Source: an uncultured Gammaproteobacteria bacterium
Lineage (GTDB): Bacteria > Patescibacteriota > Patescibacteriia > Patescibacteriales > GWC2-42-12
Length of the DNA: 64,000 bases
NCBI GenBank assembly: GCA_964560005.1
Contig: CAZLKB010000001.1
Location: 13,079-77,078 of the forward strand
Direction of reading: 5' to 3'
A program made the position numbers and the translations under genes. Shown piece by piece: positions 16,746-27,400 of the stretch. Each line of letters begins with the position of its first letter. Positions within the stretch are counted from its first letter, which is position 1. The notes below the pieces were generated by a model, which saw nothing but the letters and a program-made list of their open reading frames with translations, was not told where the DNA came from and did no database searches.

Positions 16746-16802
16746 TAAATAATAAATATTCGACAATTAAACCTAGATTGCGGCTCGGAGGCCGCAATGA
16801 CA

Positions 16803-18128
16803 TTACGATAGTTTTCCCTTAAACCACTCCTTGAGCTTCTCTATTTTCACCCTCTCCTGCTTCATACTATCTCGGTCGCGCACGGTCACATCATCTTTTT
16901 CCAGCGAATCAAAATCAATGGTCAGGCAAAACGGCGTGCCGATTTCATCCTGGCGGCGATAGCGCTTACCGATATTGCCGTTATCGTCAAACTCGCAGAC
17001 ATAATCTTTTTTTAGTAGGTCAAATACGGCTTTGGCTTTTTTTACCAGCTCCGGCTTATTTTTTAATAAAGGAAATACCGCGATTTTTACTGGTGAGAGC
17101 CAATGCGGAAATTTCATTACCGTGCGAATTTCCTCTTTCACTTTTTCTTCCTTATAGGCTTCGCAAAGTACGGCCAAAACCGTGCGTTCCACGCCTAAAG
17201 ACGGCTCAATCGCATGGGGAATAACTTTTTTCCCGGTTTCGTCAGTATAGGTTAAATCCGCTCCGGAAAATTTAGAGTGCTGTCTTAGGTCGTAATCGGT
17301 GCGATATGCCAGACCGTACAATTCTTTCTGGCCGAAAGGAAATTTATACTCAAAATCAATGGTTTTTTTGGAATAATGAGCCCGCTCACCGTCCGGCACG
17401 TCTAATTCATGAATATTATTTTTTATATCCAGCCCTAGTTCTTTCATCCAGCTTATCATTTCTTTGCGCCACATCTCAAAAACCTTTTGCCATTCTTTAT
17501 CAGTCTTCGGTTCAGCGATAAAATATTCTATTTCCATCTGTTCAAACTCGCGCGTGCGGAAAACGAAATTACCCGGCGTGATTTCATTTCTAAAAGCTTT
17601 GCCGATCTGGCCGATGCCGAAAGGCAGTTTCGGCCGAATCGTATCCATGATATTTTTAAAATTAACGAAAATGCCCTGCGCCGTCTCCGGCCTTAAATAA
17701 GCCGCGTTCACGCTCTCTTCGGCCGGACCGATAAAAGTTTTAAACATTAAATTAAACTGCCTGGGCGCGGACAGCTCGCCGCCGCAATTCGGGCATTTCT
17801 TCTCGTCTTCGAGCTGGTCAATCCTAAATCTGTTTTTGCATTTCTTGCATTCCACCAGCGGGTCGCTAAAATTATCCTGATGCCCCGAAGCTTTCCAGGT
17901 TTCCGGATTCATAATGATGGCCGCGTCCAGCCCGACCATGTCCTCGCGCTCCTGGACGAACTTTTTCCACCATCTCTGCTTGATATTATTTTTTAACTCC
18001 ACGCCGTAAGGCCCGTAATCCCAGGAATTGGCCAGCCCGCCGTAAATCTCCGAATCGGGAAAAATAAATCCCCGACGCTTGCACAGAGAGACGATTTTGT
18101 CCATGGTAACATTGTTTTTGTTAGTCAT
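16803..18128 (-). CDS. glyQS: glycyl-tRNA synthetase (dimeric class II type)
   Basis: MDKIVSLCKRRGFIFPDSEIYGGLANSWDYGPYGVELKNNIK, and class II motifs such as FRNEITPGNFVFRTREFEQMEIEYF. Confidence 0.95.
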   Translation of the reverse strand: MTNKNNVTMDKIVSLCKRRGFIFPDSEIYGGLANSWDYGPYGVELKNNIKQRWWKKFVQEREDMVGLDAAIIMNPETWKASGHQDNFSDPLVECKKCKNRFRIDQLEDEKKCPNCGGELSAPRQFNLMFKTFIGPAEESVNAAYLRPETAQGIFVNFKNIMDTIRPKLPFGIGQIGKAFRNEITPGNFVFRTREFEQMEIEYFIAEPKTDKEWQKVFEMWRKEMISWMKELGLDIKNNIHELDVPDGERAHYSKKTIDFEYKFPFGQKELYGLAYRTDYDLRQHSKFSGADLTYTDETGKKVIPHAIEPSLGVERTVLAVLCEAYKEEKVKEEIRTVMKFPHWLSPVKIAVFPLLKNKPELVKKAKAVFDLLKKDYVCEFDDNGNIGKRYRRQDEIGTPFCLTIDFDSLEKDDVTVRDRDSMKQERVKIEKLKEWFKGKLS

Positions 18129-18152
18129 ATTATGTTTATATTGAAATAATTA

Positions 18153-18268
18153 ATGCAAAATGTAAATCTCAAAATGTAAAATGACAGTTTAAAATGTAAA
18201 ATGTCAAATTAGAAATTTTAAATTTTGCATTGTCATTTTACATTTTGAGATTTTAACTTTACATTTTT
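18153..18268. repeat. AT-rich inverted repeat, 'TGTAAAA' subfamily
   Basis: ATGCAAAATGTAAATCTCAAAATGTAAAATGACAG opposes TGTCATTTTACATTTTGAGATTTTAACTTTACAT. The right arm supplies the last codons of the DedA ORF (VKNVKLKSQNVK). Confidence 0.85.
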
Positions 18269-18868
18269 CACATGCCTCCTCACATACCAAACCGCTCCAA
18301 CTACTATAACAATTCCTATCACAAAATCAAATTTATGGAAATACGGACTTAAAATATTCCAATTGTCGCCCAGCTTCTTGCCGATATAAGCCAAGCCTAA
18401 GCACCAGAGCAGAGAACCTAAAAAAGTATAAATTATAAACTTGGTAAAATTCATTTTGGCGATGCCAGCTGGTAGGGAAATAAAAGTCCGCACCACCGGC
18501 ATAAGCCGCGAGAAAAAAATAGCGCTAGATCCGTATTTATTAAAAAAATTATCAGAGATTGTTAAATCATGATGGGAAATTAAAATATACTTTCCATATT
18601 TTTCTATAAAACCGCGTCCACCCCAGAGGCCGACCGCATAAGCCACTGCTGAACCCACGACGCAGCCCAAAGCTCCGGCTAAGCTTACACCCAGTAAGCT
18701 AAACTGCCCTCTGGCCACCAAAAAGCCGGCGAAAGGCATAATCACCTCCGATGGCAAAGGAATGCAGGCGCTCTCAATCGCCATCATTAAACCAACGCCA
18801 AATAAACCAAGTTTAGAAATACTATTAATGATGAACGATGTCACAACGCCGATTATTGCTGTTACCAT
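18233..18868 (-). CDS. DedA family membrane protein
   Basis: LPSEVIMPFAGFLVARGQFSLLGVSLAGALGCVVGSAVAYAVGLWGGRGFIEKYGKY is the typical DedA/SNARE-associated core. Confidence 0.85.
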   Translation of the reverse strand: MVTAIIGVVTSFIINSISKLGLFGVGLMMAIESACIPLPSEVIMPFAGFLVARGQFSLLGVSLAGALGCVVGSAVAYAVGLWGGRGFIEKYGKYILISHHDLTISDNFFNKYGSSAIFFSRLMPVVRTFISLPAGIAKMNFTKFIIYTFLGSLLWCLGLAYIGKKLGDNWNILSPYFHKFDFVIGIVIVVGAVWYVRRHVKNVKLKSQNVK

Positions 18869-18870
18869 AG

Positions 18871-18980
18871 TAAATTTAAAATTGAAAAATCAAAGTTTAA
18901 AATGACAGTTTAAAATGTAAAATTAATAATTTTTCATTTTACATTGTCATTTTGCATTTTAAAATTTACATTTTCCATTT
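18871..18980. repeat. AT-rich inverted repeat, 'TGTAAAA' subfamily
   Basis: AAATGACAGTTTAAAATGTAAAAT opposes ATTTTACATTGTCATTTTGCATTTTAAAATTTACATTTT, between the ArgRS stop and the DedA start. Confidence 0.8.
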
Positions 18981-18982
18981 TT

Positions 18983-20770
18983 TTACATCTCCTCCACCGT
19001 TTCAATCCCCAATAACCCTAATCCATTCTTTATCACCTGGCTGACCGCCATAATCAGCGCCAATCTGGCCGCCTTAATCTCGTTTTTTGCCTTTAGCACC
19101 GGCACGCTGTGGTAATAATCATTAAATTCCTGCGCCAACTCAAATAAATACTTGGCAATTTCGCTCGGATCATAATTTCTCCCGGCCAAAGCCACAATCT
19201 CCGGATATTTCGCCAGCTTATTCACCAACACCGCCTCCTTCGCTTCTATTAAATTCTCAAATTTCAAATTTCTAATTTCTGACTTCTGACTTCTGACTTC
19301 TGACTTCTTAATTATTGAATTTATCCTGGCTCCCGTATATTGCAAATAGGCCGCCGTATAGCCATCAAATCTTAGGGCTTGCTCAAGATCAAAAGTAATA
19401 ATCTTGTCCGCGCTAACTTTAATCATTTCAAATTTCAAAGCGCCAACCACGATCTTTTCCACTACCTGGTTCAATTTTTCTTTCGGCCAATTTTGATGTC
19501 TTTTCCTGGTTTCTAAAGCCGCCCTCTCCAGAGCCTCCTGGCGCAGATCTTCGTAAGTTATGACATTGCCGGTGCGCGAAGACATCATGCCATCAGGCAA
19601 TTTAACGAATTCATAGCTTAAATGCTTAGTCTCTTGTTTAAAGCCCAAGAGTTCCAAAACCTTAAATAATTGCTTAAAATACAGGCTCTGCCTGACATCA
19701 ACTACGTAAATTGATTTATCTATTTTATATTTTTCAAATTTTTCCATGGCCAGCGGCAGATCGGCCACCGGATAAAGCGCCGTGCCGTCGCTTCTTAAAA
19801 TTACCAAAACGCCTAGATTATATTTATTTAGATCGGCGATAATCGCGCCCTGGCTTTTTATTAAAAATTCTTTCTTATACAGATTGGCGACTATACTTAA
19901 GCCTTTTTCTATCAGCTCATTTTCATAAAAAATGTGTTCAAACCTGACGCCTAACTGCTTATAAATTTCTGAAAAGCCATCAAGGCTCCATTTTCTGGTT
20001 TTCTGCCATAATTTATACTCCTTACCCGTCCGGTTTTCAATTTTTTTCATGATTTCACCTACTTCAATTTTAGCCGTTTCGTTATTTTCCAACTCCTGGC
20101 AAGCCCGAACATAAACTTTTCCCAAAAAGTAACCCTTATTGCCTCCCCTTATATGCTCCCCTCCTTGATAAAGGGGGGCTAGGGGGTATTTTCCTTTTTT
20201 AACGCCTTTAGCAAAGGAGGGTTGGGGAGATTTATAAAATTTTTCCAGCGCCCATAGCGTCTTGGACACATGGATACCAAAATCATTAATATAGGAGACT
20301 GGCATGGCCTTAAAGCCGTTAGCAGCTAAAATTTTGGTTACCGCGTCGCCGTAGCTGATATTGCGCAAATGACCGACATGATATTCTTTGTGAGTGTTGG
20401 CATTGGAAAATTCCACCATGACTTTTTTGTTTTTCCCGTCCTTATTTAAACCATATTCTGCCTTCTCTTCCAGCACTTCTTCAATAATTCCTTCCGCTAA
20501 TTTGGCTTTATTAAAAGTAAAATTAATAAACGGCCCAATCGCCTTGGTAGCCACCACGGTATCGTTCAGCGCCACTTTCCTCATTAATATTTCGGCCATT
20601 TCTACCGCGCTTTTATTAAACTGCTTGGCGATAGTATAGCAAGGCAGGCTTAAATCGCCGAATTCCGGCTTGGGCGGATAGACTAAATCCGCCGGCTTAA
20701 CTAGCTTTTTTTTCAGCGCCGTATTTATGGCGTCGGCAATATTCTCTTTTATTTTTTCCAGAGTATTCAT
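18983..20770 (-). CDS. argS: arginyl-tRNA synthetase
   Basis: ANTHKEYHVGHLRNISYGD (HIGH region) and the C-terminal anticodon-binding region. Two in-frame repeat insertions lie at 19251..19312 and 20141..20240. Confidence 0.93.
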   Translation of the reverse strand: MNTLEKIKENIADAINTALKKKLVKPADLVYPPKPEFGDLSLPCYTIAKQFNKSAVEMAEILMRKVALNDTVVATKAIGPFINFTFNKAKLAEGIIEEVLEEKAEYGLNKDGKNKKVMVEFSNANTHKEYHVGHLRNISYGDAVTKILAANGFKAMPVSYINDFGIHVSKTLWALEKFYKSPQPSFAKGVKKGKYPLAPLYQGGEHIRGGNKGYFLGKVYVRACQELENNETAKIEVGEIMKKIENRTGKEYKLWQKTRKWSLDGFSEIYKQLGVRFEHIFYENELIEKGLSIVANLYKKEFLIKSQGAIIADLNKYNLGVLVILRSDGTALYPVADLPLAMEKFEKYKIDKSIYVVDVRQSLYFKQLFKVLELLGFKQETKHLSYEFVKLPDGMMSSRTGNVITYEDLRQEALERAALETRKRHQNWPKEKLNQVVEKIVVGALKFEMIKVSADKIITFDLEQALRFDGYTAAYLQYTGARINSIIKKSEVRSQKSEIRNLKFENLIEAKEAVLVNKLAKYPEIVALAGRNYDPSEIAKYLFELAQEFNDYYHSVPVLKAKNEIKAARLALIMAVSQVIKNGLGLLGIETVEEM

Positions 20771-20790
20771 ATTAATAATTCTTGCATCTT

Positions 20791-20924
20791 AATGCGAGCA
20801 TAGAAAAATTTAGGATTAGATTTGGCCTAAAATTTATTTACAAACATTTTCCTTTCGGTCGTTTCTGATGAAAATTTTGTTGGAAATTTTAGGCCAAATC
20901 CCTAAATTTTTCTCTAGCGAGCGA
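20791..20924. repeat. 133-nt long-hairpin repeat, copy 2 (copy 1 at 16521..16653)
   Basis: GAGCATAGAAAAATTTAGGATTAGATTTGGCCTAAAATTT... opposes ...AAATTTTAGGCCAAATCCCTAAATTTTTCTCTAGCGAGC. It is followed by the hairpin GCCGCTTTTTCTAAAAAAGCGGC. Confidence 0.85.
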
Positions 20925-20969
20925 TTTTTGCGCCGCTTTTTCTAAAAAAGCGGCCCTGCCCGGAGGGCC

Positions 20970-21779
20970 CTAGCGGAGCTCCGCTTTCTCCACCCTATCA
21001 ATATTTCTTCCTAAAAACTTCTGCCCCAGTTCTTTAAATTTTTTTACATCATCCGTAGTATAAAAAATTAATTTTCCATTCCTGCCTAGTTTCTTTTCTA
21101 CCTCATCATGCCGCTTCAGGTAATCCTTCAATTTCACGGCCGCTACTTCGGCCGGATTAACAATTTTCACATTTTTCCCCATGATTCTTCTAATATCTTT
21201 ATCCATTAGCGGATAGTGCGTACAGCCTAAAATCAGCGTGTCAATTCGCTTAACTTTGAGCGGGTGCAAATATTTTTTTAAAATCATCCTGGTTTCCGGC
21301 TTCCCGATCCAGCCTTCTTCCGCTAGAGGCACAAGCAAGGGGCAAGCTTGCTCAAAAATTTCCAAATCGCTTCGTAATTTTTCCAGTTCTTTTTTATAAA
21401 CGCCGGAATTTATAGTGGCTCTAGTGCCGATGATGCCCAGTTTATGGTAACGGCTTAACTTTATCGCCTCTTCCACGATCGGCACCACCACGCCCAGCAC
21501 GCGCTTAGCCGGGTGATTTTTCGGCAGATATTCCCGTTGTATTCTCTTTAAAGCCTCGGCCGAAGCCGTATGGCAGGCGATAATAACCAGTTCTGCTTCT
21601 TGTTTAAATAAAAAATCAACCGCCTGCCTGGTATATTGATAAACAACTTCGGCGGATTTGTTGCCGTATGGCGTTCTGGCATTATCGCCTAAATAAATAT
21701 AATCATAATCCGGCAGCACTTTTAAAAATTCTTTCAGCACTGTCAGCCCGCCGAAGCCCGAATCAAAAACTCCGATCAT
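20970..21779 (-). CDS. murI: glutamate racemase
   Basis: GVFDSGFGGLTV, IIACHTASA and LGCTHYPL motifs. The track start at 21833 lies inside a repeat arm, so I prefer ATG at 21779 (MIGVFDSG). Confidence 0.93.
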   Translation of the reverse strand: MIGVFDSGFGGLTVLKEFLKVLPDYDYIYLGDNARTPYGNKSAEVVYQYTRQAVDFLFKQEAELVIIACHTASAEALKRIQREYLPKNHPAKRVLGVVVPIVEEAIKLSRYHKLGIIGTRATINSGVYKKELEKLRSDLEIFEQACPLLVPLAEEGWIGKPETRMILKKYLHPLKVKRIDTLILGCTHYPLMDKDIRRIMGKNVKIVNPAEVAAVKLKDYLKRHDEVEKKLGRNGKLIFYTTDDVKKFKELGQKFLGRNIDRVEKAELR

Positions 21780-21795
21780 ACAGTTTTCGTTTAAT

Positions 21796-21949
21796 GGCTG
21801 GCTGGGTGTAAATTTTATTTTGAGAGCATGCAAAATTGTAACAGATTTTTTCTAAAAAATTTACAGTGATATTATTTAATAAATAATTTTTTAGAAAAAA
21901 TCGCCCAAATTTTGTCTAAACGAAAAACAAAATTTACACCTAGCCAGCC
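21796..21949. repeat. nested inverted repeat between tyrS and murI
   Basis: Outer arms GGCTGGCTGGGTGTAAATTTTATTTTG / CAAAATTTACACCTAGCCAGCC. Inner arms GATTTTTTCTAAAAAATT / AATTTTTTAGAAAAAATC. Confidence 0.8.
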
Positions 21950-21972
21950 CTTGCTCTAATATGGCTTAAATT

Positions 21973-23190
21973 TTATCCTTTTACCACTTTTACAAACCCC
22001 CTCTTGCCCTTCTGCAATAATACTCCCTTTTCAGTTATCTCCACAATCTTATTAATATCTTTTTCCACTACTCCATCAACTTTAACCCCGCCCTGCTCCA
22101 CCAACCTCCTGGCTTCGCCCTTGCTGGCCGCCAAATCTGCCTTCACTAATAACTCCATAATATTCATACTTCTTACTTCTAACTTCATACTTCTTACTTC
22201 TTCCGGCACTTCTTTCTTCTGCACGGTTTTTATAAAATATTCCTGCGCCTCATTGGCTTTTTTTTCCCCATAATTGATTTTCGTAACAGCAAAAGCCAAT
22301 TTCATCTTGGCGTCCCTGGGATTGGCGCCATTTTTTAATTTACTCAAAATATCTTTTATCTCCGTTGTCGGCAGGTTGGTGCATAACTCAAAGCCGGCGA
22401 GCAGGATTCCGTCCGGCCAAGACATAATCTGACCGTACATATTCTCCGGAGTTTCATCCAAATTAACCATATTACCCTCGCTTTTTCCCATCTTCTTGCC
22501 GCTGGAATCAACCAATAATTTCAAAGTCAAAACGCATTTCTCCTTATTTCTCATGGCCTTCATTAAATCCCGGCCGCAAAGCATGTTAAAAGTCTGATCA
22601 TTGCCGCCGATTTCCAGGTCAACCTCCATAGCCACACTATCGTAAGCCTGGGCTATCGGATATAAAAATTCATGGAAATAAATCGGCTTGTTCTGTTTTA
22701 TTCTTTCCTGGAACATGTCTCTTTGCATAATTTGCTGGGCGGTAAAATTAGAAGTCACTTCAATTAAATCTCTAAAACTCAATTTATCGCTCCACTTGCT
22801 GTTAGACATTATCTTGGCCGGATTGTCGCCGCTGAACTTTAGATAAGACGAAGCTTGTTTTTTATAGTTTTTGGCATTAGCCAGAACCTGCGCCCGAGTC
22901 ATTTTTTTTCTGGCCGCGGTTTTATCGGTCGGGTCGCCGATCATGCCGGTAAAATCCCCGATCAAAAATATTACTTCATGGCCTAATTCCTGAAATTGCG
23001 CCAATTTGCCTAAAGTAATCGCATTGCCAATATGCAGAGCCGGCGCGCTCGGGTCATAACCGCAATAAAGCCTAATACGCTTACCGGACAAAAGCGTCTT
23101 TTCCAAGGCTTCGCGGTTAGGGTAGATATTTTCCACGCCTCTGGTCAAAACCTCATCAACCTTTTGCTTATCGGTTATAATTTTTACCAT
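21973..23190 (-). CDS. tyrS: tyrosyl-tRNA synthetase
   Basis: YCGYDPSAPALHIGN (HIGH), KMGKS and a C-terminal S4-like domain. An in-frame heptamer-repeat insertion lies at 22157..22212 (EEVRSMKLEVRSMNIMEL). Confidence 0.95.
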   Translation of the reverse strand: MVKIITDKQKVDEVLTRGVENIYPNREALEKTLLSGKRIRLYCGYDPSAPALHIGNAITLGKLAQFQELGHEVIFLIGDFTGMIGDPTDKTAARKKMTRAQVLANAKNYKKQASSYLKFSGDNPAKIMSNSKWSDKLSFRDLIEVTSNFTAQQIMQRDMFQERIKQNKPIYFHEFLYPIAQAYDSVAMEVDLEIGGNDQTFNMLCGRDLMKAMRNKEKCVLTLKLLVDSSGKKMGKSEGNMVNLDETPENMYGQIMSWPDGILLAGFELCTNLPTTEIKDILSKLKNGANPRDAKMKLAFAVTKINYGEKKANEAQEYFIKTVQKKEVPEEVRSMKLEVRSMNIMELLVKADLAASKGEARRLVEQGGVKVDGVVEKDINKIVEITEKGVLLQKGKRGFVKVVKG

Positions 23191-23265
23191 ATATTTATAA
23201 TTATTATAAAAGAATTTACACGGTTAGTCGACAATTTAATAGAATTAAGCATGGAGCTAAGATAT

Positions 23266-23460
23266 CAGACGAAGATTTTAGTTTTGGGCGGCTCCTCTGT
23301 GCTTTCCTCGGAGCTAAGAAGGGGAACGGAGACGAAATTGTAGTAATTTTTTCTTTAAATTATTCAATTTCACTTTTGGCCATTTCGGTCTTTACCTATT
23401 GAATAATTTAAAGAAAAATACACAAATTTCGTCTAAGCAAAAAACTAAAATCCTCGTCTG
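23266..23460. repeat. nested inverted repeat between nagB and tyrS
   Basis: Outer arms CAGACGAAGATTTTAGTTTT / AAAACTAAAATCCTCGTCTG. Middle arms GACGAAATTGTAGTAATTTTTTCTTTAAATTATTCAAT / ATTGAATAATTTAAAGAAAAATACACAAATTTCGTC. Confidence 0.8.
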
Positions 23461-23473
23461 ATGTCTCACGCCT

Positions 23474-24211
23474 CTAGCCACTAATTATTAAATCTCCGGC
23501 CGCGGCCCGATCTAAAATCACAGTTAAATTTTTATGCTTCCTTAAAATCGAGGCCGGTACCGACTTGGTCATCCTGCAGCTTAGCGCCTTCTTAATAATC
23601 TTAGCCTTAGCCTCGCCCGAAGCCATTAAGATTATTCTTTTGGCTTTCATGATAGTGCCTAACCCCATAGTAATGGCTTGCCGCGGCACCTCCCTTAAGC
23701 TATTAAAATCCTTGGAATTGGAACGCCTGGTTTGTTCCGTTAACTTTATTACTCTGGTTTTTGAATTAAAATTTGAACCCGGTTCATTAAAACCGATGTG
23801 GCCGTCTAAACCAATTCCTAAGACTACTAAATCAAGACTCCCCTGCCGCTTAATCAAGCCGTCATATATAATACATTCCTCCTTTAGATTTTCAGCCTGC
23901 CCGTTCGGCGCGAATATATTTGTTTTTTTGATATCAACTCGGCTAAAGAGCTTAGCTTTTAAAAAATAGTGAAAACTTCGCCTATTATTCTTAGCCAAAC
24001 CGACATATTCATCCAGCAAAAAGGCTTTTATTTGTTTAAAACTTACCTCCTTTTTCCGACGCGCTTTAGCCAGACTGTCATAAAGTCCGATAGGCGTACT
24101 GCCGCTAGGCAAGCCTAAAACCGTATTTTTATCCTGTTTAATCTGTTTTACAACCAGCCGAAAGGCCGCTTTTGACATTGCCCGGTAATTATTGGCAATA
24201 ATAATTTCCAT
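23474..24211 (-). CDS. nagB: glucosamine-6-phosphate deaminase / 6-phosphogluconolactonase family protein
   Basis: VLGLPSGSTPIGLY, LDEYVGL and GIGLDGHIGFNEPGS motifs. Confidence 0.85.
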   Translation of the reverse strand: MEIIIANNYRAMSKAAFRLVVKQIKQDKNTVLGLPSGSTPIGLYDSLAKARRKKEVSFKQIKAFLLDEYVGLAKNNRRSFHYFLKAKLFSRVDIKKTNIFAPNGQAENLKEECIIYDGLIKRQGSLDLVVLGIGLDGHIGFNEPGSNFNSKTRVIKLTEQTRRSNSKDFNSLREVPRQAITMGLGTIMKAKRIILMASGEAKAKIIKKALSCRMTKSVPASILRKHKNLTVILDRAAAGDLIISG

Positions 24212-24333
24212 AGTTTTATTCTAACATATATTGAAATTTCAGCAAATTTTAGGGCTGCGCCCGGGTTGCCTGTTTCCGGAGCTTTGGTATAATGAAATCT
24301 AAACGAAGCGCATTTAATTCTTACGATATATAA

Positions 24334-24415
24334 TGCGAATACTACAAATTATATTCAAATACTACAAAAAAATATTTATCGGATATTTGTAGTATTCGCA
24401 TTCCATTTGTAACAT
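24334..24415. repeat. AT-rich inverted repeat, 'ACTACAAA' subfamily, in the divergent nagB/activase promoter region
   Basis: TGCGAATACTACAAATT and TTCAAATACTACAAAAA oppose ATATTTGTAGTATTCGCA and CCATTTGTAACATT. Confidence 0.8.
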
Positions 24416-24428
24416 TAGGATTATACTT

Positions 24429-27400
24429 ATGCCTAAAACCAATCTCATTATTATTGATGCCGGGGTGGAACATATCCATTTTGGCATCTACCAAGGCTCG
24501 CAAATAAAAAATCTCTTGATCACAAATAACGATAAAATCGAAACTCTTTTTAAAAACCATGACGTTTTAAAGCTGATTCAGGACCCGGCCGTTGAATTGT
24601 ATCTGACCGGCAAATTGGCGGAAATTATTAGGGCTACGGTCGGGCGCGGGCAGATTATTATGCCCAGCGCCGCGCTTTGGGCCGGAGCTAATTTTTTATT
24701 ATCCGAACTCAATAAAAATTCACTCGGCATAATCGACCTGTCGGCTTCGGGCTATATGGCCATCGCCGTTGACCGCGAGGGCAAGCTCTTAAACGACCTC
24801 TTAATCACCAATCCCCGCTGCGGCGCCGGCAGCGGCATAAATTTAAGCCGGATTTTAGAAAAACTGGCGATCGAAACCCAAGCCGTCGACGAAATCTTAA
24901 AAGATTATTTAGGAGTAGCCGGCCAGGCTAAGAGGCAGGGCGTGGGTATCCGGGCCGACCGTTGCGGCGTTTTCAGTTCCTCGGCCACGATTTCCGACAA
25001 AAACCAGGGCCTGCCCCTGAATTTCGCCCTGGCCGTTACCATGAAATCGGAAGTGCTTAAGGCATGTAAAAAAATGATACCGGACATTGAAACGGTTTAT
25101 CTAACCGGCCGGGTATTTAACTGGCAATACGCCCGTGACTGCGCCGAGGATTACCTTAAAACTATCGGCGTTAAAGAAATAATTTTCGACCAAGGGCAAA
25201 CCCTAATGATTAAGAGCGCTAAACACCTGATTGATGCCGTCGGCCGAGAAAATTTTAAAGAGCAAACCGGGAAAAAATTAAAAAAAGAAGAAAAATTGTT
25301 AGACCTGCCCTCATTTAAAAGCTTAAAAGAAAAATATACCTCCGCCGGCTTGTTTTTAAGGCTCGACGATCCGAAAATCTCCGAAATTAATCACCTGGCT
25401 TTCCAAACCAGACCGGTGAATATCGGCTTAGACGTGGGCTCAACCATGGCTAAAATGCTGATTACGGACGCGGCCACGGGCGAAATCTTATTTTTAAACT
25501 CCTCTGACAACCACGGCGACACCATTGAAACCATTAAGCATATTTTCCGCGGTTTACAGTCGGCCGGCATCACTAAGCTTAACATCCAACACCTGGGCAT
25601 CACCGGCAGCGGGCGTTATCAAGTGCAAAAAGTCTTGCAAAAAGTTTATCCGGGGCTGGCAGACAAAATTTTTGTCTTGGTGGAAAATTACGCTCACGCT
25701 CATGGCTCCATTGAATACGCTAAAGCGCATATCCAAGATTTAACCAAACAAGGCCAGGAAGTTAATCCGGACTTTTGCGTCTTGGTTGATATCGGCGGCG
25801 AAGACACCAAAATTTCCATTATCTCCCTGAAAAAGGAAGAGCTATTTGACAACGCCATGAACATAAAATGTTCGGCCGGAACCGGCAGCTTAATGGACAC
25901 GCTTAAGGCTTTATTCGGCATCAAAGACATAAAAGAGGCTTGCCGGCTGGCCTATGAAGCGGAAAAGGCTTATGAAATTAACGCCACTTGCGCGGTCTTC
26001 TTAATGGAAAACGCACGCGCGATGCAGGGCCAGGGTTATGCCAAGAGTGAAATTCTAGCTTCAGCGAATTACGCCATCGTAGAAAATATGGCCCGAACCC
26101 TTTGGAACCAGGTAAATTTTCCTAAAAACGCGGTCGTGCTCTTGCACGGCCAAACCATGCTCTCCGACCCCCTGCCCCTGGCGGTAACGCGGCGGATTCA
26201 GGAAACCGGAACCATGTATGCGCTGGTGCCGCCTCTGCCGGGCCATCGCGCTTGTTTAGGCTTGATTAAATCAATAAAAAATAAAACCTTCACGGAAAAT
26301 ATTTGCCTGCTGGCTGACTTTATTAATCTTAAATTTGATAAAAAAATAGTTATTTGTCGAGGCGCGGCCTGCGGCGATCAAGCGGCCCGTTGCTCAAGGA
26401 CCTTGCTTAATTCTATCAACCTGGAAGAAAAATTAGTTTTAACGCTGGGTGGCTGCACGGCGGTCAACGAATTAGCATCTAAAAATATTACGGCCGAAAA
26501 AACCCCGGACGCTTACAAAGAAATCTGGCTATTTATCAACCAGGCCCAGCCAAAGTCCCAGGCTAATAACCGCTTGGTTATTCCTCGCAGTTTCGCTATT
26601 TCCGAGCAAGCATTTTTCCTGGCTAAAATCTTTGAAAAACTAGGCATTCCCGTTGAAGTCGATAATGTCCGGGAGACGGATGTTATCGAGGCTCAGCCTC
26701 TATTCAATATTGATGTCTGCGCGCCCTTAATCGGGGCGGCTGGGCAATTTATCAGATTGGCCAAAGCGCCGCACGGCCTTATCCTGGTGCCGCAAATTGA
26801 TTTTTTACCGACTGAAGGCATCAGTCTGGGCAGAACCTGCACTACCAACCAAGGCGGCGTGATTATTGCCGAGCGCATGGCAAAACAAAAATATCCGGCG
26901 GCTAATTTTTATTCCTTTGTCTTAAGCTTAAAAAAAATGGATTCCGAGTATCTGGCCGACCAGTTCTATAGTAAGCTCGACGGATTATTTAAGTATTATA
27001 AATTACCTGTCTCCCGGCCGGAATTTAAACAGGCAATCGAATATGCCGTTAAAGAAAATCGGGATCTGCAAGAGCGCCTGGCCCAGCAGGTTGCCCGATA
27101 TCTGGAAGAGGCGATCCGGCAAAAAAAGAATATCGCCATCGTTTGCGGGCGTGAATATATTTTAAATCCCGGAATATATGACAGCCACGTGGGCAAGCTC
27201 CTAAAGGACAAGGCGGTCATCGCCATTCCCTCCTATGCTCTAAACAGCCGGCTGGATAAGGATTTTGCTTACGTTTACTGGCGCAATCCGCATGATATTC
27301 TAACCAAAATCAATGCCATCACCAATAAAAAATTTCATACTCTGATTATATCGCCTCGGCTTAAGCAATTATTCAAATCTATCGAAACCGGTCTCACCGA

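Noticed and set aside
23032-23343. 103-aa plus-strand ORF spanning the tyrS 5' end and the nested palindrome
   Set aside because: It overlaps the tyrS coding sequence in antisense and then runs through repeat arms. It has no motif and no RBS.
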